Source: an uncultured Gammaproteobacteria bacterium
GTDB taxonomy: Bacteria > Pseudomonadota > Gammaproteobacteria > UBA9214
DNA: 18,399 bases
Direction of reading: 5' to 3'
Assembly (NCBI GenBank): GCA_963773065.1
Contig: CAVYZN010000029.1
Location: forward strand, 1 to 18,399
The stretch's first letter is position 1. Each line of letters opens with the position of its first letter. Under the pieces are notes generated by a model. That model was given only the letters and a program-made list of their open reading frames with translations. It was not told where the DNA came from and searched no databases. The position numbers and the translations under genes were made by a program. This document shows, piece by piece, positions 1 to 8,875 of the stretch.

Positions 1-24
1 GGCCCCGACGATGGCGATACGCAT
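1..24 (-). CDS. N-terminus of a probable FAD/NAD(P)-binding oxidoreductase (runs off the window edge)
   Basis: Reverse complement of 1-24 reads ATG CGT ATC GCC ATC GTC GGG GCC = MRIAIVGA, the typical first beta-strand entering a Rossmann GxGxxG motif. GGGA lies just upstream. Confidence 0.6.
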
Positions 25-209
25 GGTTATTCCCGCTTTGCTTCCGGAAAGATAGTACCCGTGTTCGCGGTCGTGGTGAAGGGCTACTACCGGCCGTCGG
101 GCCAGGGACCGGTCACTCAACGGGACACAGCGATGCGAGCTTCATGCAGGCGCATCACGCGCGGCACCCTGCTGAATGCGTGAACGCCTACGATCGTACA
201 GACCGCCTG

Positions 210-434
210 CTACGGGGCTGGGGCGCTCTGCCGCTCTTCAGTAATCTCATCCGGTGTCCTGTGCGCGATGCCTTTGTGGCAGTCGATGCAGGTCTTGCCC
301 TCCAGGGGTCCGGCGACATGCGCCTTGGAGGCCATTCCTTCCTGCTGCTCCAGTACAAAATGATCTTCGCTGTGGCAGTTGCGGCATTCGCGGGAATCGG
401 TTTTTTTCACGTAGGCCCACACGTCCTCGGCCAT
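210..434 (-). pseudogene. napC: C-terminal half (hemes 3-4) of a NapC/NirT-family tetraheme cytochrome c, 5'-truncated
   Basis: DSRECRNCH and GKTCIDCHKGIAH are the characteristic last two heme motifs of NapC/NirT. The TM anchor and first two CxxCH motifs are missing, and an in-frame TGA lies 5 codons upstream of the ATG. Confidence 0.75.
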
Positions 435-874
435 GCGGTTCCTTCCTCATCCAGTATTGATACTCGCCGCGGCTGACCACTGCACAATGCCTGCATGGCG
501 CATGGCATTATCATGCGATAGGTGAACGTTCAGCTTATCCAGACGGGAATTCGCATGGTTATCCCCGGCAACCCCTGTCAGCCGATGATTTGTACCACGC
601 CGCTGCATTACTACAGGCGCCAGAGAGCGGAGACACTGATACGGATTGCCTGATTCCCGAGTCGAATAGCACATACATGCAGCCTGAAGTTGCTGTATAT
701 TCCAGTTCTAATCATGAAAATTCCGGTTTATACAGTCACACGCTATGTCCGTAAGTCCTGCTTGACGTTAATCATGTTGATGCCTAAATTAGCGACTGCT
801 TGGATGGGATGGCCACATAACGAAATGTTTTTACCGGGAAATGATACCTAACAGAGCAATCTAACCCAGCAAAC

Positions 875-1267
875 GTGGACAAGGAAAAACGACAAAACCC
901 TCGGCTCGATGCAAAAATTCCGGGAAAAGTGCGTCTCTCGAATGGTGATTTTCTCTCTGCGTTGATAATCAATTTGTCACTAGGTGGGCTCAAATTCAGC
1001 TGCGGGCGTGATACTGCCGATCACATCCTGCCAAAAAACCAGAGAACACCAGGACAGGTCATGGGGGTCATGATCGAGATCCAGTTCGATCTGCAACCAC
1101 CCTCGCAGCCCTTGCTGTCGATAGACGCCACCGCCAAGGTTATACACTCAGAACGGCTTGCTCAGGATATATTCCACGTCGGCGTACAATTCAGCAAAAT
1201 CGATGCTGCTGCAGTCCAGACATTGAAAGCGTATATCGATGGACTCAGCAAACAACATCTGACATAG
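875..1267 (+). CDS. Stand-alone PilZ-domain (c-di-GMP-binding) protein
   Basis: RxxxR (RQNPR) and D/NxSxxG (NLSLGG) motifs, with C-terminal VGVQF; GTG start. Confidence 0.85.
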   Translation: MDKEKRQNPRLDAKIPGKVRLSNGDFLSALIINLSLGGLKFSCGRDTADHILPKNQRTPGQVMGVMIEIQFDLQPPSQPLLSIDATAKVIHSERLAQDIFHVGVQFSKIDAAAVQTLKAYIDGLSKQHLT

Positions 1268-1465
1268 ACAGGTCACCGTTCCAGGCGGTTGCTTCAGTGT
1301 CGTTCACGGCGATGTGGTCGGCGTTTTTCCTTCGCTGGCAGGGGTCCCTTTCCGAACCAATAACCACGGTAATCACGGCGGGATTGATAAAGAACCATCC
1401 CTGGCAGGAGTAGAAACTCCATCGGTCCGTCCCTGTGGTTTAAGCGGTCACTGATACCATGCCAT

Positions 1466-1497
1466 GAAAAAATTGGCCCCGCGTCTAGGGGGGCCGA
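1466..1497 (-). terminator. Rho-independent terminator
   Basis: The minus strand reads TCGGCCCC-CCTAGACGC-GGGGCCAA-TTTTTT: a GC-rich stem followed by a U-run. Confidence 0.7.
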
Positions 1498-1570
1498 AAT
1501 AGCCACGGCAGTGTATGGCTATGAGGAGAATATCTATGCCTCTACTCACACACCATCCCGGCGGCGAGCA
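1466..1570 (-). ncRNA. Candidate sigma54-dependent small RNA (~105 nt) with anti-SD seed
   Basis: Bounded by a sigma54 -24/-12 promoter (1581-1596) and a terminator. It contains the seed-like AUUCUCCUCAU and a hairpin ATAGCCA...TGGCTAT (1499-1522), and has no credible ORF on this strand. Confidence 0.55.
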
Positions 1571-1580
1571 AATTGATAGC

Positions 1581-1596
1581 AGCAAAACATATGCCA
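1581..1596 (-). promoter_or_regulatory. sigma54 (RpoN) promoter
   Basis: Minus strand TGGCATATGTTTTGCT fits TGGCA-N6-TTGCW with exact GG-N10-GC spacing. Confidence 0.7.
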
Positions 1597-1643
1597 GAGC
1601 GAGGTAATCACATAGGTAACTGAAAACTAGGGAATGTCCCAAC

Positions 1644-1666
1644 GCGACTCATTTACCAGGAGTCGC
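1644..1666. promoter_or_regulatory. Perfect 7-bp inverted repeat, possible enhancer (UAS) for the sigma54 promoter
   Basis: GCGACTC-N9-GAGTCGC, about 75-95 bp upstream of the predicted start site. Confidence 0.35.
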
Positions 1667-2133
1667 TGACTGCACTTTTATGGGGATACATTGCACCAGA
1701 ATATCCGGCCATGTGGCCATGTCTGACTATCTTGAAGTCAATATCGCCCTGGTCTTCTCGGTCATAATAACATCCTAAGAGAGGTTTGGTTCCATTCATG
1801 TTGGGGCAGCAATACGCAAGGACTTTTACTTTTAATACAACGTCTTCACACGTGGATCTTGAGGCCTGAGCGGTTGGCATCAAGCTGTACGCGGAATTGA
1901 TGGTTTTGTGGTACTTACCATAAATGGTGAAATCGTGGTCAGTGATATATGCTTTCACGCAATGTCATCAAGGATAGAGCGATAGCAACGGCGTTCGATC
2001 CGCCATTTTCATTTATACTCAGTTAAATCGCCATTGCATTGGTCGATACGGGCGATGAAATAAACCCAGTAATCGAAAATCATCGCAAATCCCTGTCATA
2101 GGCATGAACTATCAGAATATCTGGATGGGCATA

Positions 2134-2442
2134 ATGCACTCAAAGCTATATGGGTTAATCGGTGGGTTTGCAATCGCATGGACCCTTTATCCGGGCACTG
2201 GACTGGCCTGCGACCCCAACATGGATGGTTGCCTGGGTTGCAGCGATGCAGATCTTCCCGTATGCGTGGAGAAAATTGCTATGGAGATATGCTCCAGCAG
2301 CGGTGGCTTTGAATACTGCGACAAGATGAGCGCCGAAGAAGAAATCGAGAGGCTGGTAATCAGAAATACCGGGTTACATATGTCCAGAGTACGAGCGCTG
2401 GTACGGGGCGCAAACCGATACCAGCATCCACACCCGCACTAA
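2134..2442 (+). CDS. Secreted Cys-rich hypothetical protein (alternative start 2104)
   Basis: Signal-peptide-like N-terminus (MHSKLYGLIGGFAIAWTLYPGTGLA|C), six Cys in the mature N-terminal half, C-terminal HPHPH. Confidence 0.7.
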   Translation: MHSKLYGLIGGFAIAWTLYPGTGLACDPNMDGCLGCSDADLPVCVEKIAMEICSSSGGFEYCDKMSAEEEIERLVIRNTGLHMSRVRALVRGANRYQHPHPH

Positions 2443-2587
2443 TCCAGGCAAAGAATCTACTCCTTAATTTCCCCTTTCACTGTTACACAGTGAGAATATG
2501 GCGCACAGCGCAGCGCTCTGTTATGCGCGGACTTACATCACACGCAGTCGATCAAAATGCGCTCTGATTGAACAGATTGATTAATGT

Positions 2588-2604
2588 TGCACCATACTAG
2601 TGCA
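2588..2604. promoter_or_regulatory. NtrC-type enhancer site
   Basis: TGCACCA-TAC-TAGTGCA has one mismatch to the NtrC consensus TGCACCA-N3-TGGTGCA. A weaker possible second site, TGCGC-N7-GAACA, lies 30 bp upstream (2558-2574). Confidence 0.7.
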
Positions 2605-2677
2605 TGATCCAGCATGCGACATCCCTGGGTTTCAGAATGTTTCCTCTAGATACATTGGGTTATATAACCCATCTTAG

Positions 2678-2693
2678 TGGCACAGTGGTTGCT
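2678..2693 (+). promoter_or_regulatory. sigma54 (RpoN) promoter
   Basis: TGGCACAGTGGTTGCT is near-consensus with GG-N10-GC spacing. It lies about 75 bp downstream of the NtrC box, with the 16-bp palindrome TGGGTTATATAACCCA (2656-2671) in between. Confidence 0.8.
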
Positions 2694-3009
2694 TAATTTT
2701 TTATTGTTCATTATCTGAAACGCCTTAGATTCAACCTGGGCCAGATTGCTTGATAGAAAATTACTCGTACTCCATATGCGGATGGCGAGTAAAGAAGATG
2801 TGCGAGGAATTGCTGGATCGTTCTTGGATAGCACATTCGCTGCCGTTTCTGATCATAGACCTTGCAATGGCTGATTTTTCATCAGGTTTTGATTACTGGG
2901 AATATTTTTCCACCAATGCTCGAAGAAAAGTGTGCCATCGTCGCTTGTTAACTGTTTGCAACTCATAATTAAAACAACGAAGAGTGGCCGCAGTATTACG
3001 AGATTTGCT

Positions 3010-3108
3010 ATGAGAGAAACAATTCGTGCCTTCCTGCTTGGTATCCTCATTCTCGCGGCAGCGTTAACACCCCCAGTCATTCTCCTGATGCAGCATTTCA
3101 GGCACTAA
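3010..3108 (+). CDS. 32-aa single-TM microprotein, copy 1 (MRETIRAFLLGILILAAALTPPVILLMQHFRH)
   Basis: Hand-translated. Hydrophobic core; same length as, and 19/32 identical to, the ORF at 17365-17463. Confidence 0.75.
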   Translation: MRETIRAFLLGILILAAALTPPVILLMQHFRH

Positions 3109-3720
3109 TTTGGCCGAGTTGAAAGTATTGGTCATTGTATCCTTCAATAGCGGCGTGCAAACCGCCTGCGCACTATCTCAAACCTTCATGGTAATAAACA
3201 CGTGAGTCTGACTTGAATCCAGATTGACAGGACAGTCTGAAGACACCGGGTAAGGGCGGGTTTCTCCAGGTGACGACCTCACAGGTTACCTCCCGCCATT
3301 GCCGCTTCACATGACCGGTAGGAGGAATTTTTCCTCCGAAAGAAAACTTGAGTCTTGATGCAAGCAGCTGTATCAAGACTTCCATTCAGGCACCAGTTGT
3401 TTCGCGCACACAAGACGAACCACCGATCGGTAGGGTCGTCGGCAAGTTTTCATTGATGTCCTGGAGAGTCCTGGAAAACATCAATGATTTCACCATGTTT
3501 TGGTAGACAGCCCGCATGGCTGAAAAATGACGATGCCGTCTCAAAGCATGAAATCCATGACTATTTATTTAATTATCATGCTACTATTCCGCACCTAAAT
3601 ATGGGGTAGGCATCATTGCCCGAACGTCGACTCCAGAAACTGTACGGGTGGCGTCGACCAGGGCTTCCCTGGTACCCGACATTTTCTAATTCACCCTGTC
3701 GATCTACTGAGGAACTGAAG

Positions 3721-4545
3721 ATGAAAATAATAACGTTGCACACACTGAATGCGCTGATTGCATGTGCTTTCGCCGCCTCAACAGCAATGGCCTACGACGA
3801 GGTCTCAGGGGAGGTCGCCGCGAAGGCCGGCGGATTCCTCGGCCTCGGCATCAGCTACCGACCGGACTATGAGGGGTCTGACAACTATGAGGCGGGTATT
3901 GCCCCCTTCGGCCGCTACAATCTGGAAAGCGGCCGCTACGTCAGCCTGGGCGGCACCGCGGGCAGCGAGCGTGCCATGCGCCTCAAAATAAATATCCTGA
4001 CGAAGGATACGGGCTGGGAAATCGGTCCGGTGGTGCAGTACCGTCTGAAGCGCGATGGTGATGTTGAAAACAACAAGGTTGCCCACATGCAGACGGTTCC
4101 CAAGGAAACGGAAGCAGGCGGTTTCCTTGGCTGGCATGCGGATCACCTGTCAGTCAGCTTAACCGGAGTCTACGATATATCAGGCGAAAGTGACGGCACC
4201 CTGTTTTATATCAATGGCGGCTACAAAATCCCGGTCAATGACAGCTTCGAGATGGCACTTGGTGCACAAACCACCTGGGCATCCAATGATTACATGGAAA
4301 CCTATTTCGGCGTGTCCACCCCCAATGCCGCGAGCAGCGGTTTGCCGAGATTCAGCGCCAACAGCGGGATCAAGGATGCCGGGGTAAGCCTGACCGGGCA
4401 CTACAAGTTCACTAAAACCTGGGGCATGCTTGGCAATGTGGGTTATACGCGGATGATGAATGATGCCAAAGACAGCCCCCTCGTTAAGAACGTGGGTGAC
4501 GAAAACCAGTACACCGCGATACTCGCGGTTACTTACAACTTTTAG
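3721..4545 (+). CDS. MipA/OmpV-family outer-membrane beta-barrel protein
   Basis: RBS GAGGA before ATG 3721, signal peptide (ASTAMA|Y), PDYEGSDNYE and YMETYFGVS motifs, DSPLV near the C-terminus, terminal Phe. Confidence 0.88.
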   Translation: MKIITLHTLNALIACAFAASTAMAYDEVSGEVAAKAGGFLGLGISYRPDYEGSDNYEAGIAPFGRYNLESGRYVSLGGTAGSERAMRLKINILTKDTGWEIGPVVQYRLKRDGDVENNKVAHMQTVPKETEAGGFLGWHADHLSVSLTGVYDISGESDGTLFYINGGYKIPVNDSFEMALGAQTTWASNDYMETYFGVSTPNAASSGLPRFSANSGIKDAGVSLTGHYKFTKTWGMLGNVGYTRMMNDAKDSPLVKNVGDENQYTAILAVTYNF

Positions 4546-4597
4546 ACCGGCGGGATACGCCCTGCTCGTTGCTGTTTCGACGGGACCGGCACGAGGA

Positions 4598-4626
4598 GGC
4601 AAGATCATCGTCTTGCCCGCTTTTTT
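4598..4626 (+). terminator. Rho-independent terminator after the MipA/OmpV gene
   Basis: GGCAAGAT-CATC-GTCTTGCC stem followed by CGC and TTTTTT. Confidence 0.55.
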
Positions 4627-4718
4627 ATGGTTATACACTATCGCCGGAACAAAGCCGGTTGCGGAGGCAATTAACCCGGACGGCGTGTGCATCTCCCACG
4701 ATTTGTCCATGAGCATGT

Positions 4719-4928
4719 TCAGCCTTCCGCGACGTAATCATCCGAGGCGCTACCCTCAAGGACAATCTCATGGTCTTCACCGAGGGCGAGATATATCTGC
4801 CGGTCCTCTTCGTTCTCAAAGTATATCTCGATACCATTATCACCATCGCCCTCGTAAAGGCAGGGTGCTGAGTCCAGGTTGGTTACTTCGTGCCAACTTA
4901 TGGGATCCATCGTGCAACGGATGTTCAT
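4719..4928 (-). CDS. 69-aa acidic hypothetical protein, YHS/TRASH-like pattern
   Basis: Strong RBS GAGGAGG before ATG 4928. DPIS..EV...YEG....IYFENEEDRQIY resembles the YHS pattern. The longer ORF-track start (5285) overlaps amrS. Confidence 0.75.
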   Translation of the reverse strand: MNIRCTMDPISWHEVTNLDSAPCLYEGDGDNGIEIYFENEEDRQIYLALGEDHEIVLEGSASDDYVAEG

Positions 4929-5107
4929 GTTGCTAACCTCCTCAACGCATAACAGCGTGACAATTATCTTCATCAAACTGCGGAATGACACTGTCTTTGA
5001 CTGTGCTATACATGACACACCTCTGTCATCGATCACACGCTTTTCCCTGTAAAACCAGTATTGCCGTCTGACACCATCAACTCCCCTCTGAACGATGGAC
5101 CCCGCTC

Positions 5108-6202
5108 TCAGGCATAGTTCACCAGCCTTACGGGTAAGCGCCTGCTTCCCCAGTTGCCATGCCGGGGCTCCAGAACGCCGGGGCAGGCCGCATGGCAGTA
5201 GGGGCAAAGGCCACTGTCCGTCAGATTCCATTCGGTAATGACATACCAGTCTCTTCCAATCAGCTTGCCGCCGCATTGGTAACAATAGGTACTGCCGCCC
5301 GCCTCATCGTGAACATTCCCCGTGTAGGAGTATCGGACACCGTTTTTCTGGGCTATGCGGCGTGCCCGACTCAGCGTTTCCGCCGGGGTGTGGGGTTTGT
5401 CGAGCATCTTCCAGTCGGGATGGAAGGCGGTAAAATGCATGGGAACATCCGGTCCCAGATTCTCCACCACCCATTGCGTCATTTCCTCCAGCTCCATGTC
5501 TGAGTCATTTTCATCGGGTATGAGTAAGTTGGTGATTTCAAACCAGACGTCGGTTTCCCGCTTCAGGAATGTCAGGGTATCCAACACCGGCTGCAGGTGA
5601 CCGCCGCATATCTTCCAGTAAAACCGTTCGGTAAAGGCTTTCAGGTCCACGTTGGCCGCATCCATATAGCGGTAGAACTCCACGCGCGGTTCCTCGCACA
5701 TATAGCCCGCCGTGACCGCTACCGCCTTGATGCCCACTTCATGACATGCCTGCGCCACTTCAATGGCGTACTCCAGAAAAACCACCGGATCGTTATAGGT
5801 ATAGGCGGTGCTCCGGCAGCCCAGTTTGCGGGCCACGCGGGCGATTTTTTCGGGCGATGCCTGATCCGCCAGGGTGTCGATCTCGCGCGATTTGCTGATA
5901 TCCCAGTTCTGACAAAACTTGCAGGCAAGATTACAACCGGCCGTACCGAATGACAGTACCGGCGTTCCGGGTAAGAAATGATTCAGGGGCTTCTTTTCAA
6001 TGGGATCAACACAGAAGCCGCTGGAACGGCCGTAGCTGGTAAGCACGATCTGCGCGCCCTGGTTCGCCCTGACGAAACATAGACCCTGCTGATCTTCCTG
6101 TAATTTGCAGGCACGCGGGCAAACATCACATTGTACCCGCCCGTCATCCAGCCTGTGCCAGTAGTGTGTGGGAACAATGGAATTCTCAACGATGGCATGC
6201 AC
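5108..6202 (-). CDS. amrS: AmmeMemoRadiSam system radical SAM enzyme
   Basis: N-terminal CDVCPRAC...GLCFVR, DPIEKKPLNHFLPG, the radical SAM motif CNLACKFCQNWDIS, TYNDP, and C-terminal CxxC...CxxC. Confidence 0.93.
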   Translation of the reverse strand: MHAIVENSIVPTHYWHRLDDGRVQCDVCPRACKLQEDQQGLCFVRANQGAQIVLTSYGRSSGFCVDPIEKKPLNHFLPGTPVLSFGTAGCNLACKFCQNWDISKSREIDTLADQASPEKIARVARKLGCRSTAYTYNDPVVFLEYAIEVAQACHEVGIKAVAVTAGYMCEEPRVEFYRYMDAANVDLKAFTERFYWKICGGHLQPVLDTLTFLKRETDVWFEITNLLIPDENDSDMELEEMTQWVVENLGPDVPMHFTAFHPDWKMLDKPHTPAETLSRARRIAQKNGVRYSYTGNVHDEAGGSTYCYQCGGKLIGRDWYVITEWNLTDSGLCPYCHAACPGVLEPRHGNWGSRRLPVRLVNYA

Positions 6203-6529
6203 GGATATAACCCCGCTTTAAAAACGTATCATTCAACTCTTCCTTAAAATATAGCCCAACACCGCAGAGATGACCTACGAGCAGTTACCAAGACGTTCGT
6301 TAATTGAACAACTTTGAAACGACGCGGTCCGGTGTGTGCTTGTCGGGACCATGTGCCGTCAGGATGGCGCCTGACGCGTAATTTCCTGCCTCGGTGGTTC
6401 CTTTTGCAACGATGGCCTGGGTTACCGATATGTCAAACCTATTGGCATATTTCACCCGCCCCTCGTGGACAGGGTATCGCTCAGGCAACACCTATCGGGG
6501 CTGTTACCGCCCTGCAGTAACCAACCTAA

Positions 6530-6562
6530 TTACTTGACTAATTTACTAGGTTATTATACTGT
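6530..6562 (+). promoter_or_regulatory. IscR type-1-like operator overlapping the sigma70 promoter of the suf operon
   Basis: TTACTTGACTAATTTACTAGGTTAT (6530-6554) resembles the IscR type-1 consensus ATASYYGACTRwwwYAGTCRRSTAT. It contains the -35 TTGACT (6534-6539), and TATACT/TACTGT follows at 6555-6562. Confidence 0.7.
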
Positions 6563-6648
6563 TAATTCACAGCATCGGATCGAGCATAGTTTATAATCTA
6601 TATATTTATCAATGTGTTATTATTCTGTCTCTTCAGCAGGAGCAATTT

Positions 6649-8097
<1,449 letters not shown>

Positions 8098-8116
8098 TAG
8101 TCACAGGAGGTCCGCT

Positions 8117-8875
8117 ATGCTCTCGATAAGAAACCTGCATGCATCGGTCGATGACACGCCGATACTCCATGGCATCAACCTGGAGGTGAAGGCGGGCGAG
8201 GTGCACGCCATCATGGGACCGAACGGGTCCGGCAAGAGCACCTTTGCGAACGTGCTTGCCGGGCGTGAACAGTACGCAGTCACGCAAGGCGAGGTGCATT
8301 ACAAGGGTCAGGACCTGCTCGCCATGAGTCCTGAAGATCGGGCGAGGGCTGGCGTTTTTCTCGCCTTTCAGTATCCCGTTGAAATTCCCGGTGTCAGCAA
8401 TATCTATTTCCTTAAGGCGGCGCTCAATGCCATCCGCAAGTACCGCGGACTGGAAGAGCTTGATGCCATGGATTTCATTTCCCTGGTGAAGGAAAAGGTG
8501 GAGATGGTGAAAATGGATGAGGCGCTGATTTACCGCTCCGTCAACGAGGGCTTCTCCGGCGGGGAGAAAAAGCGTAACGAGATATTGCAGATGATGGTGC
8601 TCGAACCGGCACTGGCCATCCTTGATGAAACGGATTCAGGACTGGATATCGATGCCCTGAAAACGGTAGCCGATGGCGTCAATCAGCTACGCAGTGATAC
8701 GCGCGCATTTATTATTGTCACCCATTATCAGCGCTTGTTGCACTATATCCAGCCGGACTATGTTCATGTGCTCGCGAGTGGAAGCATCGTCAGGTCAGGC
8801 GGCCCCGAACTGGCGCTCGAACTGGAAGCGCGCGGCTATGGATGGCTGAATGAGATAACCGCAGGCGCCGCATGA
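8117..8875 (+). CDS. sufC: Fe-S cluster assembly ATPase SufC
   Basis: Walker A GPNGSGKST, AFQYPVEIPGV, signature FSGGEKKRNE, ILDETDSGLDIDAL, ITHYQR-type motif; RBS AGGAGG. Confidence 0.98.
   Translation: MLSIRNLHASVDDTPILHGINLEVKAGEVHAIMGPNGSGKSTFANVLAGREQYAVTQGEVHYKGQDLLAMSPEDRARAGVFLAFQYPVEIPGVSNIYFLKAALNAIRKYRGLEELDAMDFISLVKEKVEMVKMDEALIYRSVNEGFSGGEKKRNEILQMMVLEPALAILDETDSGLDIDALKTVADGVNQLRSDTRAFIIVTHYQRLLHYIQPDYVHVLASGSIVRSGGPELALELEARGYGWLNEITAGAA

Noticed and set aside
1294-1422. 42-aa minus-strand ORF (MEFLLLPGMVL...) after the terminator
   Set aside because: Weak RBS and no recognisable motif; cannot be supported without homologs.
1536-1607. 23-aa plus-strand ORF (MPLLTHHPGGEQIDSSKTYARAR) with a perfect-looking GAGGAG RBS
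   Set aside because: The RBS is simply the complement of the candidate sRNA seed. The promoter and terminator both point to the minus strand, and the peptide has no features. Kept only as an alternative reading.
1653-1958. 101-aa minus-strand ORF
   Set aside because: GTG start without an RBS, no recognisable domain, and it runs into the putative enhancer region. It might be a decayed gene.
2750-2968. 72-aa ORF right after the sigma54 promoter
   Set aside because: TTG start, no RBS and non-protein-like composition.
3556-3580. AT-rich imperfect palindrome resembling a Fur box upstream of mipA
   Set aside because: Only about 12/19 match to the Fur consensus in AT-rich promoter DNA.
3616-3720. 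ORF-track N-terminal extension of MipA, and a possible ZTP-riboswitch-like leader
   Set aside because: The RBS and signal peptide define ATG 3721, and the riboswitch core motifs are not present.
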